From Candidatus Parcubacteria bacterium (lineage in GTDB: Bacteria; Patescibacteriota; Minisyncoccia; UBA6257; HR35), in the NCBI GenBank assembly GCA_025999335.1, contig AP024681.1:3414-67413 (forward strand): DNA of 64,000 nucleotides, in the 5' to 3' direction. The notes beneath the pieces are model-generated. The model ran no database searches. It worked only from the letters and a program-made list of their open reading frames with translations, and had not been told where the DNA came from. Made by a program: the position numbers and the translations under genes. Of the stretch, positions 8,658-18,769 are shown piece after piece (the first letter of the stretch is position 1; every line of letters begins with the position of its first letter).

Positions 8658-11027
8658 ATGAAATATATAAAATTTTTTCAAGAATTATCAAAAGATGATG
8701 TTGGTTTAGTTGGTGGTAAAAATGCTAATTTAGGAGAAATGTATCAGAAATTGATTGGTTTAGGAGTAAGAGTTCCGAGTGGATTTGCGGTGACTGCTGA
8801 AGGTTACGATTATTTTATTCAATTTAATAATTTAGAAAATAAGATAAAAGAAATTCTACAAAATACTAATATTTATGATGTCTCTCAACTTCAAAAAGCA
8901 GGAGAAGAAATAAGAAATTTAATTAAACAGGGCGAGTTTCCAGAAGATTTGAAGAATGAAATTCTAAGTGCTTTTGAAGAGTTGAAAAAAGAATATAGCG
9001 AAAATTTACAAGTAGCCGTAAGAAGTAGCGCTACAGCTGAAGACCTGCCTGATGCTTCATTCGCGGGGCAGCAAGAAACATATTTAAATGTGACTGAAAA
9101 AGATTTATTAGAAAAAGTTAAGTTCTGTTTTGCTTCTTTGTTTACTGATCGAGCAATTTTTTATAGACAAGAAAAAGGATTTGATCATTTTAAAGTAAAA
9201 CTTTCTGTTGGTATTCAAAAAATGGTAAGATCTGACCTAGCAAGTTCGGGAGTGATGTTTACTATTGACGCTGATTCTGGTTTAGATAAAGTAATTGTTG
9301 TTAATGGAGTTTGGGGATTGGGAGAGCTTATTGTTCAAGGAAAAGTTATTCCGGATGAGTGGATTGTTTTTAAAGTTGGTTTAGAAAGAGGCTGTCGAAG
9401 TATTATTAGCAAAAGATTAGGTGAAAAAGTTAAAAAAATTGTTTATGGAGAAAATGGAGGAGTAGCAGAAGTTGAAACCGAACAAAAAGAAAAGGAAATT
9501 TTTTCTTTAAGCGATGATGAAGTGTTAGAACTGGCAAAAATGGGCTATATTATTGAAAAGCATTATAAAAGAGCAATGGATATTGAATGGGCAAAAGATG
9601 GCGTTGATGGTAAGCTTTATATTGTTCAAGCAAGACCAGAAACTGTCCATTCGGCTAAAAAGAAAAATGTTTGGGTTGAGTATAAATTAAAAGCGAGAGG
9701 AGAGATTTTAACAAAAGGTATAGCAATTGGTTCAAAAATTAGTTCAGGAAAAGTTAGAGTGATTAAAGATGTTTCAAAAATAAATGAATTTCAAGAAGGA
9801 GAAATTTTAGTTACAGAAATGACCGATCCAGACTGGGTGCCAATTATGAAAATTGCTAAAGGAATAATTACTGATAAAGGAGGAAGAACTTGCCATGCGG
9901 CTATAGTATCACGAGAACTTGGAATTCCTGCAATTGTTGGCACAGGAAATGCAACAGAAATTTTAAAAACCGGAGATGAAGTGACAATTGATTGCAGTGC
10001 TGGAATTACTGGTTATATTTATAAAGGAATTTTAGATTATGAAGTTATTGAACATAATTTAGAAGAGATTCCTGAAACTAAAATAAAAATTTATGTTAAT
10101 ATTGGACTTCCTGATGAAGCTTGGGAAAGATGGTATTTACCAGTTAAAGGTGTAGGACTTGCTCGTGAAGAATTTATTATTGCTGAAGAAATAAAAATTC
10201 ATCCTAATGCATTGATTGATTATCCAAATTTACCAGAGGACATTAAACAAAAAATAGATGAACTCGTAAAAGATTATGAAGATAAAAAACAATATTTTGT
10301 TGATAAATTAGCTGAAGGGATTGCTAAAATTTGTACTGCTTATTATCCTTATGAAGTAATAGTTAGATTTTCTGATTTTAAGACAAATGAATATGCAAAT
10401 TTAATCGGCGGTGAACTTTATGAGCCTAAAGAAGATAATCCGATGATTGGTTGGCGAGGAGCAAGCAGATATTATCATTCAAAATTTCAAGAAGCTTTTA
10501 AATTAGAAGTTTTAGCAATGAAAAAAGTAAGAGAAGAGATGGGGTTAGATAATTTAGTAATGATGGTGCCGTTTTGTCGAACTCCTGAAGAAGGAAGAAA
10601 AGTTATGGAAATTATTGAAAGTATAATGGGTAAAAGAGAGGAAAAAGGATATAAAGTTTATGTTATGGCAGAAATCCCTTCAAATATTTTGCAAGCCGAA
10701 GAATTTTTAGAGATTTTTGATGGAATGTCAATTGGTTCAAATGATTTAACACAACTCACTTTAGGAATTGATCGTGATAATGAAATTTTACAAGGATTAG
10801 CTGATGAAAGAAATGAATCAGTGAAAAAATTAATTTCTCAAGTAATTAAAATTTGTAAAGAAAAAAATAAATACATTGGTATTTGTGGTCAAGCTCCAAG
10901 TGATTTTCCAGAAATAGTTGAACTTTTAGTTAAAAAAGGAATTGAAAGTATAAGTGTTAATAGTGATGTGGTGATTAAAACAATTGAATTGGTTAAAAAG
11001 TTTGAGGATGAAAATAGAAAATATTAA
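8658..11027 (+). CDS. ppsA: Phosphoenolpyruvate synthase (pyruvate, water dikinase)
   Basis: N-terminal DVGLVGGKNANLGEM, SSATAEDLPDASFAGQQETYLNV, phospho-His domain GGRTCHAAIVSRELGIPAIVG, C-terminal PEP-utilising TIM-barrel. Confidence 0.85.
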   Translation: MKYIKFFQELSKDDVGLVGGKNANLGEMYQKLIGLGVRVPSGFAVTAEGYDYFIQFNNLENKIKEILQNTNIYDVSQLQKAGEEIRNLIKQGEFPEDLKNEILSAFEELKKEYSENLQVAVRSSATAEDLPDASFAGQQETYLNVTEKDLLEKVKFCFASLFTDRAIFYRQEKGFDHFKVKLSVGIQKMVRSDLASSGVMFTIDADSGLDKVIVVNGVWGLGELIVQGKVIPDEWIVFKVGLERGCRSIISKRLGEKVKKIVYGENGGVAEVETEQKEKEIFSLSDDEVLELAKMGYIIEKHYKRAMDIEWAKDGVDGKLYIVQARPETVHSAKKKNVWVEYKLKARGEILTKGIAIGSKISSGKVRVIKDVSKINEFQEGEILVTEMTDPDWVPIMKIAKGIITDKGGRTCHAAIVSRELGIPAIVGTGNATEILKTGDEVTIDCSAGITGYIYKGILDYEVIEHNLEEIPETKIKIYVNIGLPDEAWERWYLPVKGVGLAREEFIIAEEIKIHPNALIDYPNLPEDIKQKIDELVKDYEDKKQYFVDKLAEGIAKICTAYYPYEVIVRFSDFKTNEYANLIGGELYEPKEDNPMIGWRGASRYYHSKFQEAFKLEVLAMKKVREEMGLDNLVMMVPFCRTPEEGRKVMEIIESIMGKREEKGYKVYVMAEIPSNILQAEEFLEIFDGMSIGSNDLTQLTLGIDRDNEILQGLADERNESVKKLISQVIKICKEKNKYIGICGQAPSDFPEIVELLVKKGIESISVNSDVVIKTIELVKKFEDENRKY

Positions 11028-12195
11028 AGCGAATAAAATTCTTGATTCAAGAGGGGAGTGGACAGTTGAGGTTGAAATTGAAAGTGAAAACAAAGGAAAA
11101 GCTTCAATTCCTTCAGGAAAAAGTTTGGGATCTCATGAGGCAGTTTGTTTAGATTGTGATTTAATTGAAAAGAATTTACCAGAATTTTTAAAAGAAGTTA
11201 AGAATTTTGATTTTAAGTCTTCTCAAGAATTTGATAATTTTTTAATTGAAAGAGCAGGAAAGAATAAAGAAAAATTAGGAGGGAATTTTACTTTAGGATG
11301 TTCAATTGCATTTGCAAAAGTATTAGCTAAAAAAGAAGGATTAGAACTTTATGAATATTTGGAGAAAGAATATACGCAGACAACCGCAAACTATACGCAG
11401 GCAGCCGCAGAGAGTTATAATAATAGTCCGCGGGAGTTTGCGTTAAGTCTGCAGGAATCCGCGCCTACTCCAAAATTAATTATCAATATTATTGGTGGTG
11501 GGGTTCATTCTTTTAATAATTTAGATTTTCAGGAGTGTTGGCTAGTAAGCAAACAAAGTTTTTCCGAAAAATTGATTGCTGAAATTTTAAGCGTAATTAA
11601 TATTTTAGAAAATAAACTCTCAAAACCATTAGGAAGAAATGATGAGGGAGCGTTTTGTACAAATTTTAATGACAATTATGAACCTTTTATTTATTTAAAT
11701 CAATTTAAAGAAAATTTTGAGCTTGGCGCGGATATTGCTGCTAATCAAATTAAAAAAGACATAAATTGGCAAGAAATTTATCATCAATTAAAAAAATTAA
11801 ATGTTACTTATTTAGAAGATCCTTACAAAGAAGATGAATTTGAATATTTTGCGAACTTAAGAAAAGAAGGATTTAAAGTTATCGGGGACGATTTAACAAC
11901 AACTAATACAGAAAGATTAAAAACTGCTTTAGAAAAAAATTCTCTTGATGGAGTAATTGTTAAACCAAATCAAATTGGAACAATTAAAGAAACTTTTGAT
12001 TTTATAAAACTAGCAAAAGAAAATAATTTATTTACAATTTTTTCTCATCGCAGCGGAGAAACTAATGATAATTGGATTATTGATTTAGGAATTTCTTTCA
12101 ATGCTGATTATTTTAAAATTGGCGTGCCATTACAAGGCGAAAGAATTGCTAAATGGAACAGATTAAAAGAAATTTTTGATAAAAATGATAAGTAA
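11008..12195 (+). CDS. eno: Enolase (divergent), with a ~30-codon in-frame insert
   Basis: MKIENIKANKILDSRGEWTVEVEIE N-terminus, VKPNQIGTIKETFDFIKLA...SHRSGETNDNWIIDLGI C-terminal signature. Start chosen at the internal ATG 11008 (overlaps the ppsA stop by 20 nt) rather than the longer ORF start 10984. Confidence 0.8.
   Translation: MKIENIKANKILDSRGEWTVEVEIESENKGKASIPSGKSLGSHEAVCLDCDLIEKNLPEFLKEVKNFDFKSSQEFDNFLIERAGKNKEKLGGNFTLGCSIAFAKVLAKKEGLELYEYLEKEYTQTTANYTQAAAESYNNSPREFALSLQESAPTPKLIINIIGGGVHSFNNLDFQECWLVSKQSFSEKLIAEILSVINILENKLSKPLGRNDEGAFCTNFNDNYEPFIYLNQFKENFELGADIAANQIKKDINWQEIYHQLKKLNVTYLEDPYKEDEFEYFANLRKEGFKVIGDDLTTTNTERLKTALEKNSLDGVIVKPNQIGTIKETFDFIKLAKENNLFTIFSHRSGETNDNWIIDLGISFNADYFKIGVPLQGERIAKWNRLKEIFDKNDK
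11374..11463. repeat. ~90-nt GC-enriched element inserted in frame in eno; divergent member of the GCGAAC-type family
   Basis: Encodes TQTTANYTQAAAESYNNSPREFALSLQESA between the enolase LYEYL and PTPKLIINIIGGG segments. Shares the ANY..NN.REF peptide core and TATAATAG..CGCG nucleotide core with the pcm and rpe inserts. Internal ccgcgg palindrome and gcagac/gtctgc inverted repeat. Confidence 0.5.
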
Positions 12196-12379
12196 TTTCT
12201 TAATTTTATTAGGTGTTGTTTTAATAATTTTTGGTTTGATTTTAAAGTTTAATTTTAAACTACCTGGTGATATTTTAATTCAAAAAGAAAATTTTACCTT
12301 TTATTTTCCGATTGTAACTTCGATTGTTGTAAGCATTCTTTTAACTATAATAATCTCATTAATAAAAAAAATTAAATAA
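12176..12379 (+). CDS. DUF2905-family small membrane protein
   Basis: 67 aa, two TM segments, central LPGDILIQKENFTFYFPIVTSI motif. Confidence 0.5.
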   Translation: MIKMISNFLILLGVVLIIFGLILKFNFKLPGDILIQKENFTFYFPIVTSIVVSILLTIIISLIKKIK

Positions 12380-12496
12380 ACCGAACTTGACTGTTTAAAA
12401 TAAAATTTTATAAAAAGATAAATAAAAATAATAAGATATTTATTTTTAGGATAATTCTTTTTATGTTATAATATTAAAAATAAATTTAAAAAACAT

Positions 12497-12567
12497 CGCG
12501 GGGTGGTGGAGCAGGACCACGGAGGTCTCATAAGCCTCAGACGCAGGTGCAAATCCTGCCCCCGCAA
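12497..12567 (+). tRNA. tRNA-Met (anticodon CAT), initiator-like
   Basis: Cloverleaf folded by hand: acceptor CGCGGGG/CCCCGCA with a C1xA72 mismatch, U8, D-stem GTGG/CCAC, anticodon loop CTCATAA, G29-C41 and G30-C40, T-stem GCAGG/CCTGC, discriminator A; CCA not encoded. Confidence 0.8.
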
Positions 12568-12591
12568 CATTTTAGAGTAATAAATTCCGTA

Positions 12592-13173
12592 ATGCGCATT
12601 AGTATTTTTTTATTAACAACATTACTTTTGTTTTTTATTTTTGCGTTAATTCTATCGCTAATGGGTCAACCGTTAGCATACAAATCTCAAGGCAAATATC
12701 ATATAAAAATTTGGCATGGAGATATATATAGCGATCAAAACTCTCAACAATTAGTAGATTGGTATTCTTTTACTCATATTACCCATGGTGTATTTTTTTA
12801 TTTTTTGTTGTGGTTAATTAAAAAAATAATAAAATTTAAACAAAAATCACTATTATTACTGCTTTTAATAGCATTAATTTTAGAGATGGCTTGGGAAATT
12901 TTTGAAAATACCGATTTTGTTATAAACCGTTATCGTGAATCAACAATTTCTTTAGGCTATTACGGTGATAGTGTAATTAATTCTGTTTTTGATGTTTTGT
13001 TTATGGTTGTAGGATTTTTAATTGCTGCTTTTATGCCGGTATGGTTTACAATATTATTTATCATCGTATTAGAATTATTTCTACTTTATATGATACGCGA
13101 CAATTTGATTTTAAATTTGATTATGTTAATTTTCCCTAGTCAAGCCATTCTTCAATGGCAAATGCAAAAATAA
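12592..13173 (+). CDS. hypothetical polytopic membrane protein
   Basis: The ORF-track start at 12547 (GTG) would overlap the tRNA; first ATG at 12592 (MRISIFLLTTLLLFF...); multiple hydrophobic segments. Confidence 0.4.
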   Translation: MRISIFLLTTLLLFFIFALILSLMGQPLAYKSQGKYHIKIWHGDIYSDQNSQQLVDWYSFTHITHGVFFYFLLWLIKKIIKFKQKSLLLLLLIALILEMAWEIFENTDFVINRYRESTISLGYYGDSVINSVFDVLFMVVGFLIAAFMPVWFTILFIIVLELFLLYMIRDNLILNLIMLIFPSQAILQWQMQK

Positions 13174-13233
13174 TTTAATCGTCTTAAATGAATTAAATCA
13201 AATAAAACAAAAAATAAATTCACAAATTTATCT

Positions 13234-14250
13234 ATGTTAAAAGATATTTTGAAAAATATTTTAGATCAAGGAAAAAAGGATATATTAATGTGTCGGACTT
13301 TAGAAGAGTTAGAAAATATAAAAATTAAATATTTAAGCAGAAAAAGCGAATTGATGTCTCTTTCAAAAAATTTCTCTCAATTAAAACCAAATGAAAAAAA
13401 AGAAATAGGTAATTTATTTAATCTTGTAAAAAATACCTTAATAAAAACATACGAAGAGCAAAAACAGAGATTAGATAAAATATCAATCAATTTCGACCCC
13501 GAACATCCCGGTAAACAAATAAATATTGGCAGGGAACATTTGTTAACCAATAGTCTCGTAAAAATTAGAAACATTTTTATTAATTTAGGCTTTAATATCT
13601 ATGACTACCATCAAATAGTTAATGAAAAAGAAAATTTTGATTATTTAAACATACCTCGCAACCATCCTGCGCGAGACTTGTGGGATACCTTATGGATTGA
13701 AAATAAAAATAAAAAAAGTGATTACTTACTAAGAACCCATACGACTGCTTTTCAGCATTATATTCTCACAAAATATCGCCCTCCTTTAAGATTTGCAACC
13801 ATAGGCAAAGTTTTTAGATACGAAGCAACTGATAAAAGTCATGATTTTGAATTTTATCAAATTGATGCTTTATCTCTTAGCGAAACAACCAATCTTCAAA
13901 ATTTAAAATATACCATAGAAAAATTTTTTATTAATTTTTTTCATAAAGATATAAAAATTCGTTTTCGTCCATCATATTTTCCTTTTGTTGAACCTGGTCT
14001 AGAAGTAGATATCAACTGTATATTTTGTAATAATAAAAAATGCGCTACTTGTAAATTTAGTGGATGGATTGAGGTTGCCGGCGCCGGTATGATTCACCCA
14101 TCAGTATTAGCGCAAGCCAAAATAGATTATAAAAAATATCGAGGTTTTGCTTTCGGCATAGGGATTGACAGATTAATTATGCTAAAGCATAACATTAACG
14201 ATATACGTATATTACATTCAAGTGATTTAAGGTTCATTAATCAATTTTAA
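13234..14250 (+). CDS. pheS: Phenylalanine--tRNA ligase alpha subunit
   Basis: Class II motifs: FRPSYFPFVEPGLEVDI, GWIEVAGAGMIHPSVL, GFAFGIGIDRL. Confidence 0.9.
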   Translation: MLKDILKNILDQGKKDILMCRTLEELENIKIKYLSRKSELMSLSKNFSQLKPNEKKEIGNLFNLVKNTLIKTYEEQKQRLDKISINFDPEHPGKQINIGREHLLTNSLVKIRNIFINLGFNIYDYHQIVNEKENFDYLNIPRNHPARDLWDTLWIENKNKKSDYLLRTHTTAFQHYILTKYRPPLRFATIGKVFRYEATDKSHDFEFYQIDALSLSETTNLQNLKYTIEKFFINFFHKDIKIRFRPSYFPFVEPGLEVDINCIFCNNKKCATCKFSGWIEVAGAGMIHPSVLAQAKIDYKKYRGFAFGIGIDRLIMLKHNINDIRILHSSDLRFINQF

Positions 14251-14264
14251 ATTGTAAAATTATA

Positions 14265-16247
14265 ATGAAATTTAGAATTCACGACTTACAAAATTATTTA
14301 ACTAAAAAAATTAACGGTGAAAAGATAGCGCAAACATTAACTTTAAAAAGCTTTGAAACAACATACAAAAATAATGTTCTTGATATTGATATTTTACCTA
14401 ATCGTTTTAGCGATTGCGCTTCTTTTATTGGTCTTGCTAAAGAAATATCTGCTGTTTCCGATAATAATGTTGTTTTACCTAAAATTAATTTTCTAGAAAC
14501 AAAACAAAAAATAAATAAAAACATTAAAGTAATTAATCGTTTACAATCAAATATTGTTCCTTATTATTTCTATCGAATTATTTTAAATATTAATAATAAA
14601 AAATCTGAAACAAAACTAGCCGATCTTCTCAACTTTTATGGTTTTAATAACATCAATTATTTAGTAGATCTTAGTAATTTTGTAATGTTAGAATGTGGCG
14701 CGCCTTTGCATATTTTTGATTTAGATAAAATTGATGAATTTATTGAAGTAAGAACTGCTTATCAAGGTGAAAGATTTTTATCATTTGACGATAAAGAATA
14801 TATTCTTCAAGGAAATGAAATAGTTATCGCTGACGCAAAAGATATTTTAGCTTTAGCTGGTATTAAAGGTGGCAAAAAAGCAGCTGTAACTTTGCAAACA
14901 AAAAATATTTTCATTGAAGGAGCTGTTTTCAATCCGGCATCTATTTATTCAACCTCTAAGCAATTAAATATTAAAACCGAAGCAAGTTTTCGTTTTGAAA
15001 AAGGCATAGCGCCAACTTCTGTTATTTATTCTTTAGATAGATTAACAACTCTTATATATAACAATTTAGGTGGTGATATTTTAATAAATAAAAATGCACA
15101 AATAAAATTTAATGATAAAATTATAAATTTTAATTTTGAGGAAATTTATAATCTATCCGGATGCAAAATTGAATTTAATGAATTTCAAAATATTATAAAA
15201 AAATTAGGTATAACTATTAAACGTAATCACCGTAATAAAATATTTCAATTAATTATACCTAATGAAAGATTGGATATTAATAATTCATACGATATTGTTG
15301 AAGAAATAATTAGAATATATGGATTGGATAAAATTACGCCTAAATTTGAATGTTTCGAAAATAATATCTCGCCTAAACAAAATTTTGAATTTATAGATTT
15401 TCTAAGAAATTTCACTATAAAGAGTTCGTTTACAGAAAGTTTTAGCTATAATCTCATCTCAGAAAAAGATTTATCTATATTTAAATCATTACTTAACGGC
15501 AAACCGATAAAAATTTATAATCCTCTTAGCGAGAATTATTCTTTCTTTCAATTTTCGTTAATCCCCAATTTAGTTAAAGCCATTATTTCTAATCAAAAAA
15601 ATTTCACCGATATTAAATTATTTAATATAGAGAAAATTGCCTTTTGGCAAAATAACAAAATTATTGAAAAATATTCTTATGCAATTGCTATTGGTAAAAA
15701 AAATATTGATGATATATTTTTAGAATTAAAAGGATTCTTAAACTTGTTAATGAATGAACTAAAAATAGATTATTTATTAAGTATTCAAGATAATGAAAAT
15801 TTTTATTTTGCCATTATGCATAATAAAAAAAATATTGGAACTTTTGGTTTTTTAAATAAATATGTATTAAATCTCATTGATAGCGATATTAATATAGGCT
15901 TTGTTGAATTAGATTTAGATTTAATTTATGATTTAAGTAAAAAAGAGAAAATATTTAATCCCTTACCTCAATTTCCAAGTATCATTAGAGATTTATCATT
16001 TTTTATTAATAGAAAAATCAGCGTTCATCAAATAGAAAAAATATTATTATCACATAAAGTTGATTATTTAAAAAAGATAGAACTTAAAGATATTTACTTA
16101 CCATTAGATAATAAAGATACTAAATCAGTAACTTATCGATTTTATTTTCAAAGTGATGAAAGAACTTTAACCGATGAAGAAATAAATCAATGTTTAGTTA
16201 AAATTATAAATATCTTAAAAAATCAATTAAATATTGAAATACGTTAA
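14265..16247 (+). CDS. pheT: Phenylalanine--tRNA ligase beta subunit (short form)
   Basis: Immediately downstream of pheS; B3/4-type region and C-terminal FNPLPQFPSIIRDLSF / anticodon-binding-like end. Confidence 0.8.
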   Translation: MKFRIHDLQNYLTKKINGEKIAQTLTLKSFETTYKNNVLDIDILPNRFSDCASFIGLAKEISAVSDNNVVLPKINFLETKQKINKNIKVINRLQSNIVPYYFYRIILNINNKKSETKLADLLNFYGFNNINYLVDLSNFVMLECGAPLHIFDLDKIDEFIEVRTAYQGERFLSFDDKEYILQGNEIVIADAKDILALAGIKGGKKAAVTLQTKNIFIEGAVFNPASIYSTSKQLNIKTEASFRFEKGIAPTSVIYSLDRLTTLIYNNLGGDILINKNAQIKFNDKIINFNFEEIYNLSGCKIEFNEFQNIIKKLGITIKRNHRNKIFQLIIPNERLDINNSYDIVEEIIRIYGLDKITPKFECFENNISPKQNFEFIDFLRNFTIKSSFTESFSYNLISEKDLSIFKSLLNGKPIKIYNPLSENYSFFQFSLIPNLVKAIISNQKNFTDIKLFNIEKIAFWQNNKIIEKYSYAIAIGKKNIDDIFLELKGFLNLLMNELKIDYLLSIQDNENFYFAIMHNKKNIGTFGFLNKYVLNLIDSDINIGFVELDLDLIYDLSKKEKIFNPLPQFPSIIRDLSFFINRKISVHQIEKILLSHKVDYLKKIELKDIYLPLDNKDTKSVTYRFYFQSDERTLTDEEINQCLVKIINILKNQLNIEIR

Positions 16248-16253
16248 AATATA

Positions 16254-17939
16254 TTATTTTATTTCTATAATATCTTTAATTTTATTTTTTAACATAAATT
16301 TAATTTTTTCTAAACTCTCTTTATTATTAACTTGAATTTCAAAAGATAAATTAGCAATATTTTTTTTGACTTTAATTTTACTCTTAACTATATTGCATTT
16401 TTTGAGAGCAATAAAATTAGTTATGTCTTTTAAAAGACCAATTCTGTCGTTAGCAACAATTTCTAAAACAAAAGAGTAAGGCCTAGTAAAAGCTAAATTT
16501 TGTTTTTTAAGATAAGATTTTATCTTTTTTTGTGTTTCGTAAGATTTAACTATTTTTAACCAATCTAAAGATGGTTTTTTATTTTTACTAGTAAAAATTT
16601 CTACAATATCACCATTTTGCAATTTATAATCCAAAGAAACAAAATGACCATTAACTTTTGCTGCTGATAAATGATTACCTAAATCTGAATGTATCTTATA
16701 AGCAAAATCTATGGGCGTACTATCGTTATTTAACTCAATAATATCTCCCTTAGGAGTAAAAACATATATCTTTTCTTGTAAAAAATCTTTTATTTCATCG
16801 GTTAATTTTTTTCTTTGCAGTAATTCTACTAAACGTAATTCGTCTTCATTAGCGAAAATACTTCTATTTTTGGCATAATTAGATGTATCTTTGCTACTAG
16901 CATAAGCAAAATAAGCAGCTATTCCTTGTTCATTGTAAATATGCATTTCTTTTGTTTTTATCTGAAATTCAATAAATTTATTATAAGGACCAATAACAGT
17001 GGTATGAATACTACGATAACCGTTTGGTTTAGGTAAAGCTATATAATCATCAAATTCATTAGAAATAGGAGTGAATAAATTATGAATAATGCCTAAAGAT
17101 AAATAACATTCTTCAACCGTTGACACAATAATCCTAAAAGCAAGAATGTCATAAATTTTAGTTATATCAAAATCTTTACGTTTTAATTTTTTGTAAATAC
17201 TTGCTGGTGTTTTAATTCTATAATCTATTGAATGAATATTAATTTTCTTATTAACCAATTCTTTATACACTTTATCTTTAATCTCTTCTAAATATTGAAT
17301 TCCATTATCAACAATTTTTTTAATTTCTAATTCAATAAATTTATACATTGCTGGATTTAAAAACTTAAAAGCAAGATTGCTTAACTCATTAGCCCATTGA
17401 TTAATATTTAATCTTATCGCTAAAGGAGCATAAATATCTTCTGTCTCTAAAGCTATTCGTTTTTGTTTTTCTAAAGGAAGATATTGAAGGGTACGCATAT
17501 TATCTAATCGATCAGCAAGTTTAATAACTGCAACGCGGATATCTTTAGAAAGATAGATTATAAGTTTGCGTAAATTTTCAGCTTGAATAGCGTTTCTGTT
17601 ATTATACTTAAAAGAGCTTATTTTAGTTACGCCTTCAACTAAATAAGCAATTTCATCGCCAAATTCGCTTTTAATAAAATCTCTGTTAATTTTACCTTCT
17701 TCTAAAGAATCATGTAAAATTCCAGCAACTATACTTTGGCAATCCATTTGAATTTCAGCTAAATTAATAGCTGTTCTTAAACAATGATTCAAGTACGGCT
17801 CACCGCTTTTTCTTTTTATATTTTCATAAATAATATCGCCGTAATAATATCCTTTTTCTAATATATTTTTTTCTGAAGAATTTAATTCCTTTAAAGAATT
17901 AATTTTGTCTAAAAAAGAATTCCAGCCTATTTTCATCAT
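16254..17939 (-). CDS. rel: RelA/SpoT-family bifunctional (p)ppGpp synthetase/hydrolase (short, 561 aa)
   Basis: HD domain HCLRTAINLAEI...AGILHDSLEE, synthetase core RIKTPASIYKKL...ILAFRIIV, TGS-like YVFTPKGD, C-terminal ACT-like region. Confidence 0.85.
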   Translation of the reverse strand: MMKIGWNSFLDKINSLKELNSSEKNILEKGYYYGDIIYENIKRKSGEPYLNHCLRTAINLAEIQMDCQSIVAGILHDSLEEGKINRDFIKSEFGDEIAYLVEGVTKISSFKYNNRNAIQAENLRKLIIYLSKDIRVAVIKLADRLDNMRTLQYLPLEKQKRIALETEDIYAPLAIRLNINQWANELSNLAFKFLNPAMYKFIELEIKKIVDNGIQYLEEIKDKVYKELVNKKINIHSIDYRIKTPASIYKKLKRKDFDITKIYDILAFRIIVSTVEECYLSLGIIHNLFTPISNEFDDYIALPKPNGYRSIHTTVIGPYNKFIEFQIKTKEMHIYNEQGIAAYFAYASSKDTSNYAKNRSIFANEDELRLVELLQRKKLTDEIKDFLQEKIYVFTPKGDIIELNNDSTPIDFAYKIHSDLGNHLSAAKVNGHFVSLDYKLQNGDIVEIFTSKNKKPSLDWLKIVKSYETQKKIKSYLKKQNLAFTRPYSFVLEIVANDRIGLLKDITNFIALKKCNIVKSKIKVKKNIANLSFEIQVNNKESLEKIKFMLKNKIKDIIEIK

Positions 17940-17954
17940 CCAAAATTATTTAAC

Positions 17955-18752
17955 TTATTTATAATTACTCAAATATTTATTAAAAAACATAAGAATAAAA
18001 ATAATAGAAGAAAACAAAATAATCGAGGCGCTTACAGGAAAATTATATAAATAAGCCAACATATATCCTACAATAACGCTAACAACCGCAATAATAATAC
18101 TTTTACTAATTAAATCTTGTAACGATTTAGCTATAAAACTAGCTATTGTTGGTGGTAAAATTAAAAATGAAGTAATAAGCATTACTCCGCCTATTTTAAT
18201 ACCTAAAACTACTGATAAAGCTAAAAAAATATAAAAAACCAATTCATAAGTATAACTGTTAATATTAATCAAACGAGCTTCTGTAGGATCAAGTATTACT
18301 AGCAATATTTTTTTAAAATTAAAAATTATAAAAATTAATGTTAGTAAACAAAATATTAAAATAAAATAGAAATCAAAATTGCTCATAACCAAAGGATTGC
18401 CAATAATAAAATTAATCAATTCAGGTTGATAACCTTTTTGTGAAGACAAAATAATTAAACCAAAAGATAAGGAAATAACAAAAATTATACTCACTAAAGC
18501 ATCAGGATTAATTTTTGTATTTTTTTCTAAAAGGAAAATTAAAATAGCGAAAATAATACTTTCAAGAATAATGATAATAATATTATTTGACAAGCCCATT
18601 GTGAAACCAATAGCCAAACCTAAAACAGCAGCATGGGCTATGCCATCACTAAAAAAAGCCATTCTTTTAATTATTACAAATATTCCAAAAATAGCAAAAA
18701 CAACACTTAGCCATAAAGTAATTATTAATGCCTTTGCTAGAATTAATGCCAT
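17955..18752 (-). CDS. Metal (Zn/Mn-type) ABC transporter permease, ABC-3 family
   Basis: Polytopic membrane protein in operon with an ATPase and a TroA-like binding protein. Confidence 0.65.
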   Translation of the reverse strand: MALILAKALIITLWLSVVFAIFGIFVIIKRMAFFSDGIAHAAVLGLAIGFTMGLSNNIIIIILESIIFAILIFLLEKNTKINPDALVSIIFVISLSFGLIILSSQKGYQPELINFIIGNPLVMSNFDFYFILIFCLLTLIFIIFNFKKILLVILDPTEARLININSYTYELVFYIFLALSVVLGIKIGGVMLITSFLILPPTIASFIAKSLQDLISKSIIIAVVSVIVGYMLAYLYNFPVSASIILFSSIIFILMFFNKYLSNYK

Positions 18753-18769
18753 TGAATAAAATAATTATA

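Noticed and set aside
12547-12591. Longer GTG start for the membrane-protein ORF
   Set aside because: Would overlap the last 21 nt of the tRNA-Met on the same strand; ATG at 12592 chosen
16254-17939. Possible inserts in other housekeeping genes (metK, ppsA, uvrB, gap, gatB, cca, rel)
   Set aside because: Their locally GC-richer stretches encode canonical conserved motifs (e.g. SSATAEDLPDASFAGQQETY in ppsA, DFRRGRAGAQNIIP in gap) and are not extra sequence
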